In this document: positions 31,563-41,103 of the stretch, one piece after another
How positions within the stretch are numbered: the stretch's first letter is position 1
Layout: every line of letters starts with the position of its first letter
Origin: an uncultured Bacilli bacterium
GTDB taxonomy: Bacteria; Bacillota_I; Bacilli_A; RF39; UBA660
Direction: 5' to 3'
Assembly: GCA_934130545.1 (NCBI GenBank)
Contig: CAKOYD010000003.1
Location: 15,430-79,429, forward strand
Length of the DNA: 64,000 bases
Notes under the pieces: generated by a model
Database searches by the model: none
Seen by the model: the letters and a program-made list of their open reading frames with translations, nothing else
Told to the model about the DNA's origin: nothing
Made by a program: the position numbers and the translations under genes

Positions 31563-32096
31563 CTATTTTTGTGTATACGTTGTATATAAATATCCACTAT
31601 AACTAGCACTAGCCCAAGTATTAGTAGCAATAGCACCATCAACCCAAAAATATGCTGTGTATGTAGCAGAACCACCGGCACTAATATCAAAACTAGTTAA
31701 TAATAAGTCTTCCGCCCCATTTAAAGTTGTTGTGATAGGATTGTATCCTGATTTAACAAGTGTTACTTTTCCGGCGTTACTAGATGCTTGTTTAAAAGCG
31801 GTACTAGAACTACTATTTGTATGCAAATATATTTTAGCATTAACATCAGTACATGATGCTGGAACACTGATTGTTATAGTTGTGCTTTTACCTCCTGTAT
31901 AGGTGCTAGACATATCGATAACACCACTTATGTCTGAACCGTGAGAATAATTAACCGTAAAACATTTAGTTGAACCATTATACTGGGAATTATCAGTAAT
32001 ACCTATTACATACCATGCATAAGTACTACCTATAACAAGAACCATAACTAATGTTAAGGCCAATATCATATACTTATTTATTCCATTTATTTTCAT
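31563..32096 (-). CDS. small secreted protein with a SipW-class-like signal peptide
   Basis: N-terminus ...LVMVLVIGSTYAWYVIGITD resembles the GTxAYF motif of TasA/camelysin-type signals. Ser/Thr-rich beta-type sequence. Confidence 0.5.
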   Translation of the reverse strand: MKINGINKYMILALTLVMVLVIGSTYAWYVIGITDNSQYNGSTKCFTVNYSHGSDISGVIDMSSTYTGGKSTTITISVPASCTDVNAKIYLHTNSSSSTAFKQASSNAGKVTLVKSGYNPITTTLNGAEDLLLTSFDISAGGSATYTAYFWVDGAIATNTWASASYSGYLYTTYTQK

Positions 32097-32163
32097 TGAT
32101 ATCTACCTACCTAATTACATAATATATACTAACATATATTGCAAACATTATCAAGTTATTTTC

Positions 32164-32202
32164 AAAAAAAAATAATACCTAATTACTAGGTACTATTTAA
32201 CT
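32164..32202 (-). repeat. direct repeat copy A: a duplicated mtaB 3' end plus terminator hairpin
   Basis: Reads aaaaaaaaataatacctaattACtaggtactatttaact. Identical to 34903-34940 except for the A-run length and 2 loop bases. Acts as the terminator for the 51-aa ORF. Confidence 0.85.
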
Positions 32203-32216
32203 GATTTATAATTTTT

Positions 32217-32372
32217 TTATTGTTCAACATCGTTGTCATGATGTTCATCATCACTTAATAGCTTAGTGCAATTGTCTATACACTCTAAAGTATCTTTAAA
32301 TGTTTCTTTTTGTTCTGCTTCTTCAATAAGTTCTTTTAACATATTTAGTTCATCTTTTGTATATAATTTCAT
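32217..32372 (-). CDS. small acidic protein (51 aa), translationally coupled to the 821-aa gene; not in the ORF track
   Basis: ATG lies 2 nt after the upstream stop, with AGGAGA inside the upstream gene's last codons. Sequence MKLYTKDELNMLKELIEEAEQKETFKDTLECIDNCTKLLSDDEHHDNDVEQ. Confidence 0.45.
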   Translation of the reverse strand: MKLYTKDELNMLKELIEEAEQKETFKDTLECIDNCTKLLSDDEHHDNDVEQ

Positions 32373-32374
32373 AA

Positions 32375-34840
32375 TTATCTCCTAACAAATTTATCTATTG
32401 TGGTACGTACTTCGCTTCCCATTGATGATTCATTAATACTTTCTTTAAAATTTTGAATATTGTATGGTGTATACATTCTTTGAAAACTACCATCTTCATC
32501 AATTATTAGATATCTAGCTTGTCCATAATCCAAGCCATTAAATCCCATACCAGCCGCTCTTAGTGTTAAGCTAGTTCCATCTTTACTTTCAAAATGTTCA
32601 TGCCCTTCGATAACGATTGATGAATCATCTACTTCTGGTTTAACAAAGTGGCCTTTATCTTCATATATATCATCATCTTTTCTACTGTGTATTAAAGTAA
32701 TTTTTTTGCCACCTCTTTCAATGACAATTTTACTATCATACTGCATAATATCCTCGATATCTTGTTCGGTTAGCTGTTCTCTAGTCCATTCAGTTCTTTT
32801 TTTATCTTTTTCTACAGTTGTTGGTGATAACGTAGCCATATGCTTTCCTAATGCATCCATTCCATCTATAGCATAAATCTCGTGATTTCCATAAATACTT
32901 TTAACATTATATTCTCTTAATAGTTCTAGTACTTCATGAGGATTTGGACCAAAACCTATATTATCTCCTAAAGAATAAATTTCAGTTATTCCCATTCTTC
33001 TCATGTCTTCTAAAATAGCTAAAGTTGGTTCATACATTCCATGTAAGTCAGTAATGACGCCAATTTTATTACTTTTTCTTTGACTAATCAAGCCTTGAAT
33101 ATCAGGTAATTTACCTATATACTGCATATTTTTTTTATTACTAGAACTTAATAATTCTTTAATATTATCAGGTAGTTCTATTTCACTTGGATTCATTATT
33201 TTGCCTTCCGGTGGTTGAGTAAATATTAATGGGAGATTATATAACATACTATATTTTATTTCTTCATCAGTTGGTGTCTTATATCCTGGAATAATAATGC
33301 CACTTGGCTTTAATCCTTCTCGCAAAACAACAGTTTCCGCATTATTTCCTTTTGGTGCCATGCTAGTTTCTAATATTCCATTTTGGTGATATGTAACTTG
33401 TTCCATAAAATCAGCTGAATTCTTTTGGATAATATGGTTTGAGCCGACATTTGTTTCAGAACTTAGTATAAAACTACCTTCCGGTATATGATCATAAGCT
33501 AATATTATTTTATCGGTTGGTTTTCGGTAATATACTTGATTACGATGACTTATTGGAGATAAACTTATGAATACTTGATTTTCTTTAGCTTCACCATTAA
33601 CTAATCTTGACATTGTTTCTTTGTCACTAACTACATGAGCATATAATGCATATTTACATTGCGATAAATCTAATACTCTAATCATTCCTGAATTAGTAGT
33701 CACTACTCTTCCTATACTCTTACCTTTAACTGTACCAAATTTACTTGCAATATCAATATTTGTTAAATTACAATTAGATTCTAGTTCATATAATGTTATC
33801 ATCATTTTTTGATATTTTGATAGCATTTTTCTAATGGTATATAAATAATTTCTATTATTTCGGATTTTTTCAAGCAATTTATTCATAACTGCTTTATCAT
33901 TTATATTACTAGCCAATGTTTCAATAAAACTAGATATAACCAAAATATTTTCAATTAACTCTACCATATGAGGATTATTTCTGTTATTAAACTGCAATAA
34001 TTTAAGTCGTTTAGTATCACCATATGTATCAATTAAATACTGCAAATCGTTTTGTCCCAAAAAGAAGAGTAAACCCAGCAATTCATCCCTTTTGTCTGGG
34101 CTATTTGACTGAAGTTGATTAAGCAAATAATCATCTATTTTCTTTTGAAATATTTCATAGTCTTCGGTCGTTTCTATTGATTGGGATTCACCACTAGCAT
34201 TTAGTGCTTGTTGTATATCTTTATCATTAAGTAAATTACTTGAACTAAATACATTATCTAACGTATCTCTAACTTCAGTTGGTATATTATCTGGATAACG
34301 TATTATTGTATTTTTGAGTAGATGTGAATATTTTAAATATGTTTCTAAAAAATTAAGAAATGAAACAATACCCATATTTTTATTTTTTGGTTTAAAGTAT
34401 AAATTTCTATAATGCTCCCAAACAATAGCAATGGTACTTAATGGTTCTTTTAAATTTAATAAATTAAGGATAGTATCTCCCCAAGTATCCCTATAAGCAT
34501 TAGTATTTACTCCATACGATAAAAATGCATACAAGTTTATTTCACATTTTTCAAATAATTCAAAGATTTCATATGCTCTAGTTAACAGTTCGGTGCTGCA
34601 ATTTGAAAAGTCAAATATTTTCTTCATAAGAGTTAAATCTGATAAAGTTATACTTCTTTTATTTTGCTCTTTTTCAAGTATTTCAACTGCATACTGTAAA
34701 ATAATCCTATATTGTTCTTCTTCTCTTAAAGAAGTGTAATAATCTTTATCAATTTTATTATCCACTTCATCAATATACTTTAATTTATTCGTATATATTA
34801 TTTCATTATTTTTCTTTATTTTGAAATATTCTTTATTCAT
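32375..34840 (-). CDS. 821-aa multidomain protein: unknown helical N-domain, unknown middle domain and a C-terminal calcineurin-like metallophosphoesterase
   Basis: C-terminal part has VITDLHG, SLGDNIGFGP, GNHE and ...GHEH, the MPP motifs D-x-H / GD / GNH(E/D) / GH. The N-terminal ~580 aa carry no recognisable motif. Confidence 0.75.
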   Translation of the reverse strand: MNKEYFKIKKNNEIIYTNKLKYIDEVDNKIDKDYYTSLREEEQYRIILQYAVEILEKEQNKRSITLSDLTLMKKIFDFSNCSTELLTRAYEIFELFEKCEINLYAFLSYGVNTNAYRDTWGDTILNLLNLKEPLSTIAIVWEHYRNLYFKPKNKNMGIVSFLNFLETYLKYSHLLKNTIIRYPDNIPTEVRDTLDNVFSSSNLLNDKDIQQALNASGESQSIETTEDYEIFQKKIDDYLLNQLQSNSPDKRDELLGLLFFLGQNDLQYLIDTYGDTKRLKLLQFNNRNNPHMVELIENILVISSFIETLASNINDKAVMNKLLEKIRNNRNYLYTIRKMLSKYQKMMITLYELESNCNLTNIDIASKFGTVKGKSIGRVVTTNSGMIRVLDLSQCKYALYAHVVSDKETMSRLVNGEAKENQVFISLSPISHRNQVYYRKPTDKIILAYDHIPEGSFILSSETNVGSNHIIQKNSADFMEQVTYHQNGILETSMAPKGNNAETVVLREGLKPSGIIIPGYKTPTDEEIKYSMLYNLPLIFTQPPEGKIMNPSEIELPDNIKELLSSSNKKNMQYIGKLPDIQGLISQRKSNKIGVITDLHGMYEPTLAILEDMRRMGITEIYSLGDNIGFGPNPHEVLELLREYNVKSIYGNHEIYAIDGMDALGKHMATLSPTTVEKDKKRTEWTREQLTEQDIEDIMQYDSKIVIERGGKKITLIHSRKDDDIYEDKGHFVKPEVDDSSIVIEGHEHFESKDGTSLTLRAAGMGFNGLDYGQARYLIIDEDGSFQRMYTPYNIQNFKESINESSMGSEVRTTIDKFVRR

Positions 34841-34902
34841 CTTACCACCGTAATTATAGTATCATAAATTATAAGTAAAGTAAAGTTAGCAAGTGATTCC
34901 GC

Positions 34903-34940
34903 AAAAAAAATAATACCTAATTGTTAGGTACTATTTAACT
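34903..34940 (-). repeat. direct repeat copy B: the authentic mtaB stop codon and intrinsic terminator
   Basis: Contains the mtaB stop (34931-34933) and last codons gtt aaa tag. Hairpin TACCTAA..TTAGGTA is followed by T8 on the minus strand. Confidence 0.85.
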
Positions 34941-36196
34941 ATCTTACCATATACTTTATCATTATCTACTTTAGTAATCATTACATTAACTATTTCATTA
35001 TTTTGAACATCATCATTAACTACTACTGATATATAATTAGAAGTTAAGACGAATTTTTCATCTCTTCTAGCTTCTACTAAGCCGTCAAATACTCTACCAA
35101 TAAATTTATTATAATAAGTATTTTCTAGTTCATTGGATAGATTAATAACTTCTCTTACTCTTTTCTTCTTAATTGATTCTTCGACTTGATTACTCATAGT
35201 ACTAGCGGGTGTCCCATTTCTTCTAGAATAAGGAAAAGTATGAATCTTAGTAAAACCTATTTCTTTTAAGGTATCCATTGTCTCTTGAAACTCTTCTTCG
35301 CCTTCACCAGGGAATCCTACTATTAAGTCAGTAGTTAGAGATATATCTTTAATCTTTTTTAATTCATTTATTTTATTAATAAATTCTTCTTTATTATATC
35401 TTCTATTCATACTTTTTAGAATCTTATCACTACCTGATTGAATAGGGACATGTAAGTGTTTTGCAATTTTATCATTAGTACTAATAAGTTCGATAATATG
35501 AGGTGTTAACTCATTTATTTCAATAGAAGATAATCTAATACGATATAGGCCTTCTATTTTAACTAATTCATCTAGTAAGGTTTCTAAGTTAGTATTAATG
35601 TCAATACCATATCTTCCGGTATGAATACCAGTTAAGACTATTTCTTTATAACCATTTTTAACTAGTAAGGAAACTTCTTCAATTACTTTATCCATCTTTT
35701 TACTTCTTAAGCCCCCTCTAGTATAAGGGATAATACAATAACTGCAATAAGCATTGCAACCATCTTGAATCTTAACGAAGGCTCTTGTGTGATTTTCAAA
35801 GTTAGTAATAGTCATATCTTCAAATTCTTGATTAGATAAATCATATACTCTTTTTATTTGTTTATGATTAGTTAAATATTCAGATATAATATCTAAGATA
35901 TGTGATTTATCTTTATTACCAATAACTATATCAGTATCTACTTCTCCACTTCTTATTTGACTATAACAACCCATAACAACAATAATAGCATCTTTATTTT
36001 TTCTTTTAGCTTGATTAATTATCTTTCTACTCTTTTTATCACTTTCATTTGTAACACTACAAGTGTTAATTATATAAATATCGGCAACATCATCAAAATC
36101 AACTATTTGATAATCATGATTTTTTAACAAATTAATTACATATTCACTTTCATAAATATTTACTTTACATCCTAAACTATATACTGCTACTCTCAT
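34931..36196 (-). CDS. mtaB: tRNA methylthiotransferase, MtaB-like radical SAM enzyme
   Basis: UPF0004 N-domain (YSLGCKVN), radical-SAM CNAYCSYC (CxxxCxxC) and a C-terminal TRAM-like domain. Confidence 0.85.
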   Translation of the reverse strand: MRVAVYSLGCKVNIYESEYVINLLKNHDYQIVDFDDVADIYIINTCSVTNESDKKSRKIINQAKRKNKDAIIVVMGCYSQIRSGEVDTDIVIGNKDKSHILDIISEYLTNHKQIKRVYDLSNQEFEDMTITNFENHTRAFVKIQDGCNAYCSYCIIPYTRGGLRSKKMDKVIEEVSLLVKNGYKEIVLTGIHTGRYGIDINTNLETLLDELVKIEGLYRIRLSSIEINELTPHIIELISTNDKIAKHLHVPIQSGSDKILKSMNRRYNKEEFINKINELKKIKDISLTTDLIVGFPGEGEEEFQETMDTLKEIGFTKIHTFPYSRRNGTPASTMSNQVEESIKKKRVREVINLSNELENTYYNKFIGRVFDGLVEARRDEKFVLTSNYISVVVNDDVQNNEIVNVMITKVDNDKVYGKIVK

Positions 36197-36197
36197 A

Positions 36198-37181
36198 CTA
36201 CTTACTTAAATTATTTAAATAATTTAATGCCTCCTCAAATGTATTTACTTTAATAATATCTATATCATAATTATGCTCTTTTTTAACTTCCATGGCTTCT
36301 TCATAGTTAGCGGTTGGAACAAATACTAAATCCATTTTATTTTTAACAGCGCCCATTATTTTATATTTAACGCCACCTATTTCTCCAACATTACCTTCAA
36401 TATCAATTGTTCCAGTACCGGCTACTTTTAAGCCGTGAGTAATGTCTTCGCTAGTAATAGCATTATAAATGCTAAGGGCTAACATAAGGCCACCTGATGA
36501 ACCACTTTCACTAGTTTTAAACTTAATATTAATTTCAGGATCTAGTTTATATTCATAATCAGTTTGAACAATAATGCCTAATTTCTTTTCATCATCTAAT
36601 TTAACTTTAAAACTATGTTCTTTATTATCACGCATAACGCTAATAGTAATTGTTTGGTTAGCTTCTTTTTTATCTAATTCATTCTTTATATCAATAAGAT
36701 TACTCACTTTAACATCATCAATACTAATAATATTATCGCCTATTTTTAAATCATTATCATTATAGTTAGCTAATATAACGTTATTATATCCAGTAATATT
36801 CACTGTTTTATTAGCGTATCTATAAGCAAGTATAGTGGCATTATCAATAGAGTTTTCTAACATTACTCTATTTCTTATATAAATATCTTGAGCACTTTCA
36901 TTAGATATTTGTCTTTCTTCTTGCTTTTCAATATCAAAACTTGGTAAAACTAAGCCCATTAAATATGTCATAACATTACCGCGATACTCTGTTACATATA
37001 GTAAGTTAAGACTACCTTTACTAACGTACCCACCATCTATATCAATACGATTAGTAATATCAATTGTGCCACCTGGGGCTTCAATATAGTATGGTAGTGG
37101 ATAATTAGCAATTATTCCTACTATTACTAGTATCAATATATATTTAATATTATTTTTAAAAAACTCTTTAATCTTATTCAT
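36198..37181 (-). CDS. YlbL/SepM-type PDZ and Lon-like (S16) serine protease
   Basis: N-terminal TM segment, a PDZ region (GDNIISIDDVKV) and a Lon-protease-like C-terminus (SGGLMLALSIYN..., GTGTIDIEGNVGEIGG). Confidence 0.85.
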   Translation of the reverse strand: MNKIKEFFKNNIKYILILVIVGIIANYPLPYYIEAPGGTIDITNRIDIDGGYVSKGSLNLLYVTEYRGNVMTYLMGLVLPSFDIEKQEERQISNESAQDIYIRNRVMLENSIDNATILAYRYANKTVNITGYNNVILANYNDNDLKIGDNIISIDDVKVSNLIDIKNELDKKEANQTITISVMRDNKEHSFKVKLDDEKKLGIIVQTDYEYKLDPEINIKFKTSESGSSGGLMLALSIYNAITSEDITHGLKVAGTGTIDIEGNVGEIGGVKYKIMGAVKNKMDLVFVPTANYEEAMEVKKEHNYDIDIIKVNTFEEALNYLNNLSK

Positions 37182-37228
37182 AGTATCTCTCCTATTATAA
37201 TTAAACTTATTAAATCATATACTTAATT

Positions 37229-38164
37229 ATGAAAAACAAATATAAAAATTTATTAATTATTATTATATTATTATTTATATTTTTTGAAATTTTATTTAAT
37301 AAACTAATAATTATAAATACTGTTATGGAATCATTAAATATTTGGGTAAAGGCAATTATTCCTTCTTTATTCCCTTTCTTTGTTATTTCTGATTTATTAA
37401 TTACTTATAATTTTATAGATTATATTCCTAATAAAATAAAAAAATATATTTGTAGATTATTAAATATTTCCGATAGTGCTTTGTCAATTCTTATACTTAG
37501 TATGGTATCAGGTTTTCCTTCTAATGGAAGAAATACGCATAATTTATATAATAAGGGTAAGATAAGTAAAGAAGAAGCAAGTTATATTTTAATGTATACT
37601 CATTTTTCAAGTCCGGTATTTATTTTAACTACTTGTTCATTAATATATTTAAGAAGTGAAAAACTAGGTATTATTCTATTACTTAGTCATTATTTATCTA
37701 ATATTATTATTGGTATTTTATTTAGAAATATTAATAATCCATCACTTGATAATTCTACCATAAAGGAACATAAAAGTCAAAATTTTACAATTAATTTAAT
37801 TAAATCTATAAGGTCTTCTATTGATAGTTTATTACTTATATTAGGTATTCTTACTGTGTTCTTAATTATATCATCTTTAATTATAAATATTATTCATTCT
37901 AACTTATATACGAGTGCTATTATAAGAAGTATTTTAGAGATGACATTAGGCCTTAAATATATAGCTAGTTTAAATATATCAATGATGCATAAAGTAATAT
38001 TATTTTCTGCTATTCTATCTTTTGGAGGATTATCTGTACATATGCAAGTAATGGCTCAGATAATAGAAGATAAGATATCTTGTAAGTATTATCTAATAGG
38101 AAGAGTTTTTCAAGTACTATTTTCAATTATTTTAAGTTTTATATTTTATAAGATATTTATATAA
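37229..38164 (+). CDS. ylbJ: sporulation integral membrane protein YlbJ-like
   Basis: Multi-TM protein with nucleoside-recognition-type segments (IIPSLFPFFVISDLL). Sits beside the ylbL homologue, as in Bacillus. Confidence 0.75.
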   Translation: MKNKYKNLLIIIILLFIFFEILFNKLIIINTVMESLNIWVKAIIPSLFPFFVISDLLITYNFIDYIPNKIKKYICRLLNISDSALSILILSMVSGFPSNGRNTHNLYNKGKISKEEASYILMYTHFSSPVFILTTCSLIYLRSEKLGIILLLSHYLSNIIIGILFRNINNPSLDNSTIKEHKSQNFTINLIKSIRSSIDSLLLILGILTVFLIISSLIINIIHSNLYTSAIIRSILEMTLGLKYIASLNISMMHKVILFSAILSFGGLSVHMQVMAQIIEDKISCKYYLIGRVFQVLFSIILSFIFYKIFI

Positions 38165-38173
38165 AAGAAAAAA

Positions 38174-38192
38174 ACTTATCACAGGGATAAGT
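38174..38192. terminator. bidirectional hairpin between convergent genes
   Basis: ACTTATC-acagg-GATAAGT flanked by an A-run on the left and a T-run on the right. Confidence 0.6.
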
Positions 38193-38195
38193 CTT

Positions 38196-38501
38196 TTAGT
38201 TTAAACTTTCAGTATCTCTTAAAATAGATTGTTCAGTTGCTTTAACATCTTGGTTAGCAGAACTTATACTGTTAGCAAATTGTTCAACTAAAGATGTGTA
38301 TGAATCAAACTTGCTTTTTAATTGATCATACTCGCTTCTAAATTGTTGACTAGCTTGACCTTCAAACATACCACTTGAAAAAATATTATTCATTGTAGCA
38401 TTGAAATCATCAAAAATGTTTTTCATATTAGAAGAATAATTTCTAATACTTGCAGCGTCAGCTTCAACTCTTTCATAAGTTATAGTTGTATTATTATTCA
38501 T
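38196..38501 (-). CDS. WXG100-family (EsxA-like) small helical protein
   Basis: 101-aa helix-turn-helix hairpin with F-E-G at the W-x-G position (SGMFEGQASQQFRSEYDQLKSKF...). Confidence 0.65.
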   Translation of the reverse strand: MNNNTTITYERVEADAASIRNYSSNMKNIFDDFNATMNNIFSSGMFEGQASQQFRSEYDQLKSKFDSYTSLVEQFANSISSANQDVKATEQSILRDTESLN

Positions 38502-38512
38502 ATTATCCCTCC

Positions 38513-38809
38513 TTATTGAAAACGTGTTCTTGATATAATATCATCTTGTGTTGTTTCTATCTTACCAGATGATGTGATACAAAATTGACCATAACGACTA
38601 ATAGTATTACACATACGTGTAAGGTCATCACTGTAGCTATAAATTTGATTAGCAATAGCCATAGCTTCTGGTGAAATATAATCACTATGTATCATTTCAT
38701 CTACTGTTTTAAAAATATTATCGCTATTATTCTTAAAAGATTCTGCATTTTCTAATAATTTTTTACCACTAGCAGTTAAAGCAACTGGTGAAATACTAAA
38801 TGCTCCCAT
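38513..38809 (-). CDS. WXG100-like/Lap-like small helical protein
   Basis: 98 aa, predicted all-helical, adjacent to the EsxA-like gene in the same operon. No W-x-G motif. Confidence 0.45.
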   Translation of the reverse strand: MGAFSISPVALTASGKKLLENAESFKNNSDNIFKTVDEMIHSDYISPEAMAIANQIYSYSDDLTRMCNTISRYGQFCITSSGKIETTQDDIISRTRFQ

Positions 38810-38899
38810 AATGTCTCCTTTCCAACATAATAATGTTCATATGTTATATGTTAAGTATATCATTAATTTATCTTCAAGTAAATAATTTTACACGTATAT

Positions 38900-39256
38900 T
38901 TACACTATCTCAGAATCATCTTGCTTTTTTATTTCTTTAGTTTTTTCTTCATTTAATTCGCTTAATGTTTTCTTTAGTGTATCAACATTCTTTTCTATTA
39001 TATCTAATGAGTCAACAAGTTTTTTTCTATTAGTATCTTGAATATCGTTATATATAGCACTGTTTTTTTCACTCTTAATAGACTTAAATAGTAAATCAAT
39101 ACAGTCATTAATATAAAAATCAATTGAAATTAATGATTCTTGTAAATTGGTTAACTCTTTTATTTTTTTCTTATTGTTATATATCTTATCATCTAAATCG
39201 TATATTTTTTTTCTTTTATCATAGTCAAAATTATCTGCTTTTTTATTATTTACCAT
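38900..39256 (-). CDS. coiled-coil protein (118 aa)
   Basis: Lys/Glu-rich heptad-like sequence within the LXG-like operon. Confidence 0.45.
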   Translation of the reverse strand: MVNNKKADNFDYDKRKKIYDLDDKIYNNKKKIKELTNLQESLISIDFYINDCIDLLFKSIKSEKNSAIYNDIQDTNRKKLVDSLDIIEKNVDTLKKTLSELNEEKTKEIKKQDDSEIV

Positions 39257-39267
39257 ATATATACCTC

Positions 39268-41091
39268 TTATACTCTAATTATTTCTTTTAAATCATTATA
39301 TTTATTTTTAAATTCACTAACACTTAAATTATTAAATGTACTATCATTAAATATTACTTTAACATATCTATCTTTCATCATAATATTTTCTATACCACTA
39401 TTACCATACATACTCTTCAAATTAAATAACGCATTAGCAGCATTCTCACTATTTCCGAAATCATAATAATATTCAATACCTGTAATAGTCTCTCCATCTC
39501 GATGTAATATTACTTTAAACTCATTATTATAATCAAACACTACTTTATCATTAGTAGAATATAATTCATTATACTCTGGAAACTCTTCTTTCCAATTAGT
39601 AATGGTATTAGTTTCTTCTCTAGGACTATCTTTTACTGGATTCCATTTCTTTTTCTTTTCAGGATTATCAGTTTTTGGTATTTCCTTACTTTTTTCACTC
39701 TCCTGACCATTATCATCCTTTTCAATAGCAGGTTGATCATCCATGACATTTTTAGTAATTAAATCCTTATTATTACCATCAATATCATCATCCTTAATAG
39801 ATTTATCCGTTTCTACCACTTTATCTATCAAGTCTACTCCAGCGCCAGTTCCCGCTAATTTTGAAACTAAAGTAGTGTCATCTTCATCATTAACTGTCTC
39901 TGCCTCACGAGCAATTTCTTTTTCTCCTTCATCTAGGGCAATACCACCTTCTTCCATTTGCTTCAAAGTAGCAACTAAACCACACAATAATGTTGAAGCT
40001 GCCATACAATAACTACTAACTATTTCAGGTATTTGTGTTGGAACTTTAGTAGTACTAGAACCGGCAGTTAAAGATACTTCACTACTTACAATTGTTGTAT
40101 TTTTAACTGTTGATAATACATTATTAACATTGGATATTAAAATTCCTAAATCAGACTTTATATCAATATTACTAACGTTAATAGCATTATTGCTTAATGC
40201 CTCTTTTAAATATCTTAAGTTACCTTTATATATTCTTTCGGTTAAAGGGCCAACATCTATGCCAAGGTAACTATATAATTTATCTAAGGTATTGATATTT
40301 TCAACGCCTATTTTTTCCCATGAACCTGTTTCTAAATTCCTTGATTCATATAAGTATCCTGCATGAGCCCAACTATTATAATTATGGGCTGCATCAGTAA
40401 AACTGGCATCTGTAAGATCAACATTAGTGTTATCATTTAAAAAGTCAATAAAGCCATCTTTAAAGAAAGCTTCTTCTGCTCCCCAGTGACCTACTCTGCC
40501 TGGTTCTAATACATTTAATACATTGCAACCATTATCAGTAAGTAAATCTAAGATGCTACTATATGTCGTACCTAAAGAATGATAATGTCTCTCCTCACCA
40601 TACCTACCGGTATAAGATATAAAAGCAGTTTGATTATCTTTATATAAATCATAGTTGTAATTGTAGCGTGTTTCTCCTTTTTGAGGGTAAGTTTCTACTA
40701 AATATACATTGGCTGGGTCGCTACTTGGATGTTTTTCTAAGTATGTATCTAGGACGCCAAAAGTGGAATAATAACCACTACTATATCCAGATACTACTAG
40801 TTTGTTCTGATTAATATTTTTTTCACTTATAAAGTTGTCATATGAATTAACGACATCATTAAAATATTCTTCAGTAGTTCTATTACTGGCATTAGGCATC
40901 ATAATTATTGATTTTGTATTGTTATATGCATTATTTAAATAGTTCATTGCGTCATTAGTATCGCCAATTGTATTTCCACCACCATGCATATATAAAGCTA
41001 CTTGGGTATCTGCAGGAATATTATTAGGATCAATTCCTTCTGGATAATATATTCTATATTGAACGCCATCTATAAATGTATCTTGAAACAT
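39268..41091 (-). CDS. 607-aa protein: N-terminal alpha/beta-hydrolase (esterase/lipase-like), a hydrophobic/helical central region, an acidic linker and a small C-terminal domain
   Basis: LYMHGGGNT oxyanion-hole-like motif and nucleophile elbow G-Y-S-S-G (VVSGYSSGYYS). No signal peptide. AGGAAG RBS. Confidence 0.6.
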   Translation of the reverse strand: MFQDTFIDGVQYRIYYPEGIDPNNIPADTQVALYMHGGGNTIGDTNDAMNYLNNAYNNTKSIIMMPNASNRTTEEYFNDVVNSYDNFISEKNINQNKLVVSGYSSGYYSTFGVLDTYLEKHPSSDPANVYLVETYPQKGETRYNYNYDLYKDNQTAFISYTGRYGEERHYHSLGTTYSSILDLLTDNGCNVLNVLEPGRVGHWGAEEAFFKDGFIDFLNDNTNVDLTDASFTDAAHNYNSWAHAGYLYESRNLETGSWEKIGVENINTLDKLYSYLGIDVGPLTERIYKGNLRYLKEALSNNAINVSNIDIKSDLGILISNVNNVLSTVKNTTIVSSEVSLTAGSSTTKVPTQIPEIVSSYCMAASTLLCGLVATLKQMEEGGIALDEGEKEIAREAETVNDEDDTTLVSKLAGTGAGVDLIDKVVETDKSIKDDDIDGNNKDLITKNVMDDQPAIEKDDNGQESEKSKEIPKTDNPEKKKKWNPVKDSPREETNTITNWKEEFPEYNELYSTNDKVVFDYNNEFKVILHRDGETITGIEYYYDFGNSENAANALFNLKSMYGNSGIENIMMKDRYVKVIFNDSTFNNLSVSEFKNKYNDLKEIIRV

Positions 41092-41103
41092 AATAATCGC
41101 TTC

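Noticed and set aside
29333-31690. N-terminal 59-codon extension of the RecD2 ORF overlapping the 177-aa gene
   Set aside because: The extension is hydrophobic nonsense with no RBS. A GAGGTGG RBS precedes the internal ATG at 31513, where the helicase N-terminus (MGYIKGIY) begins.
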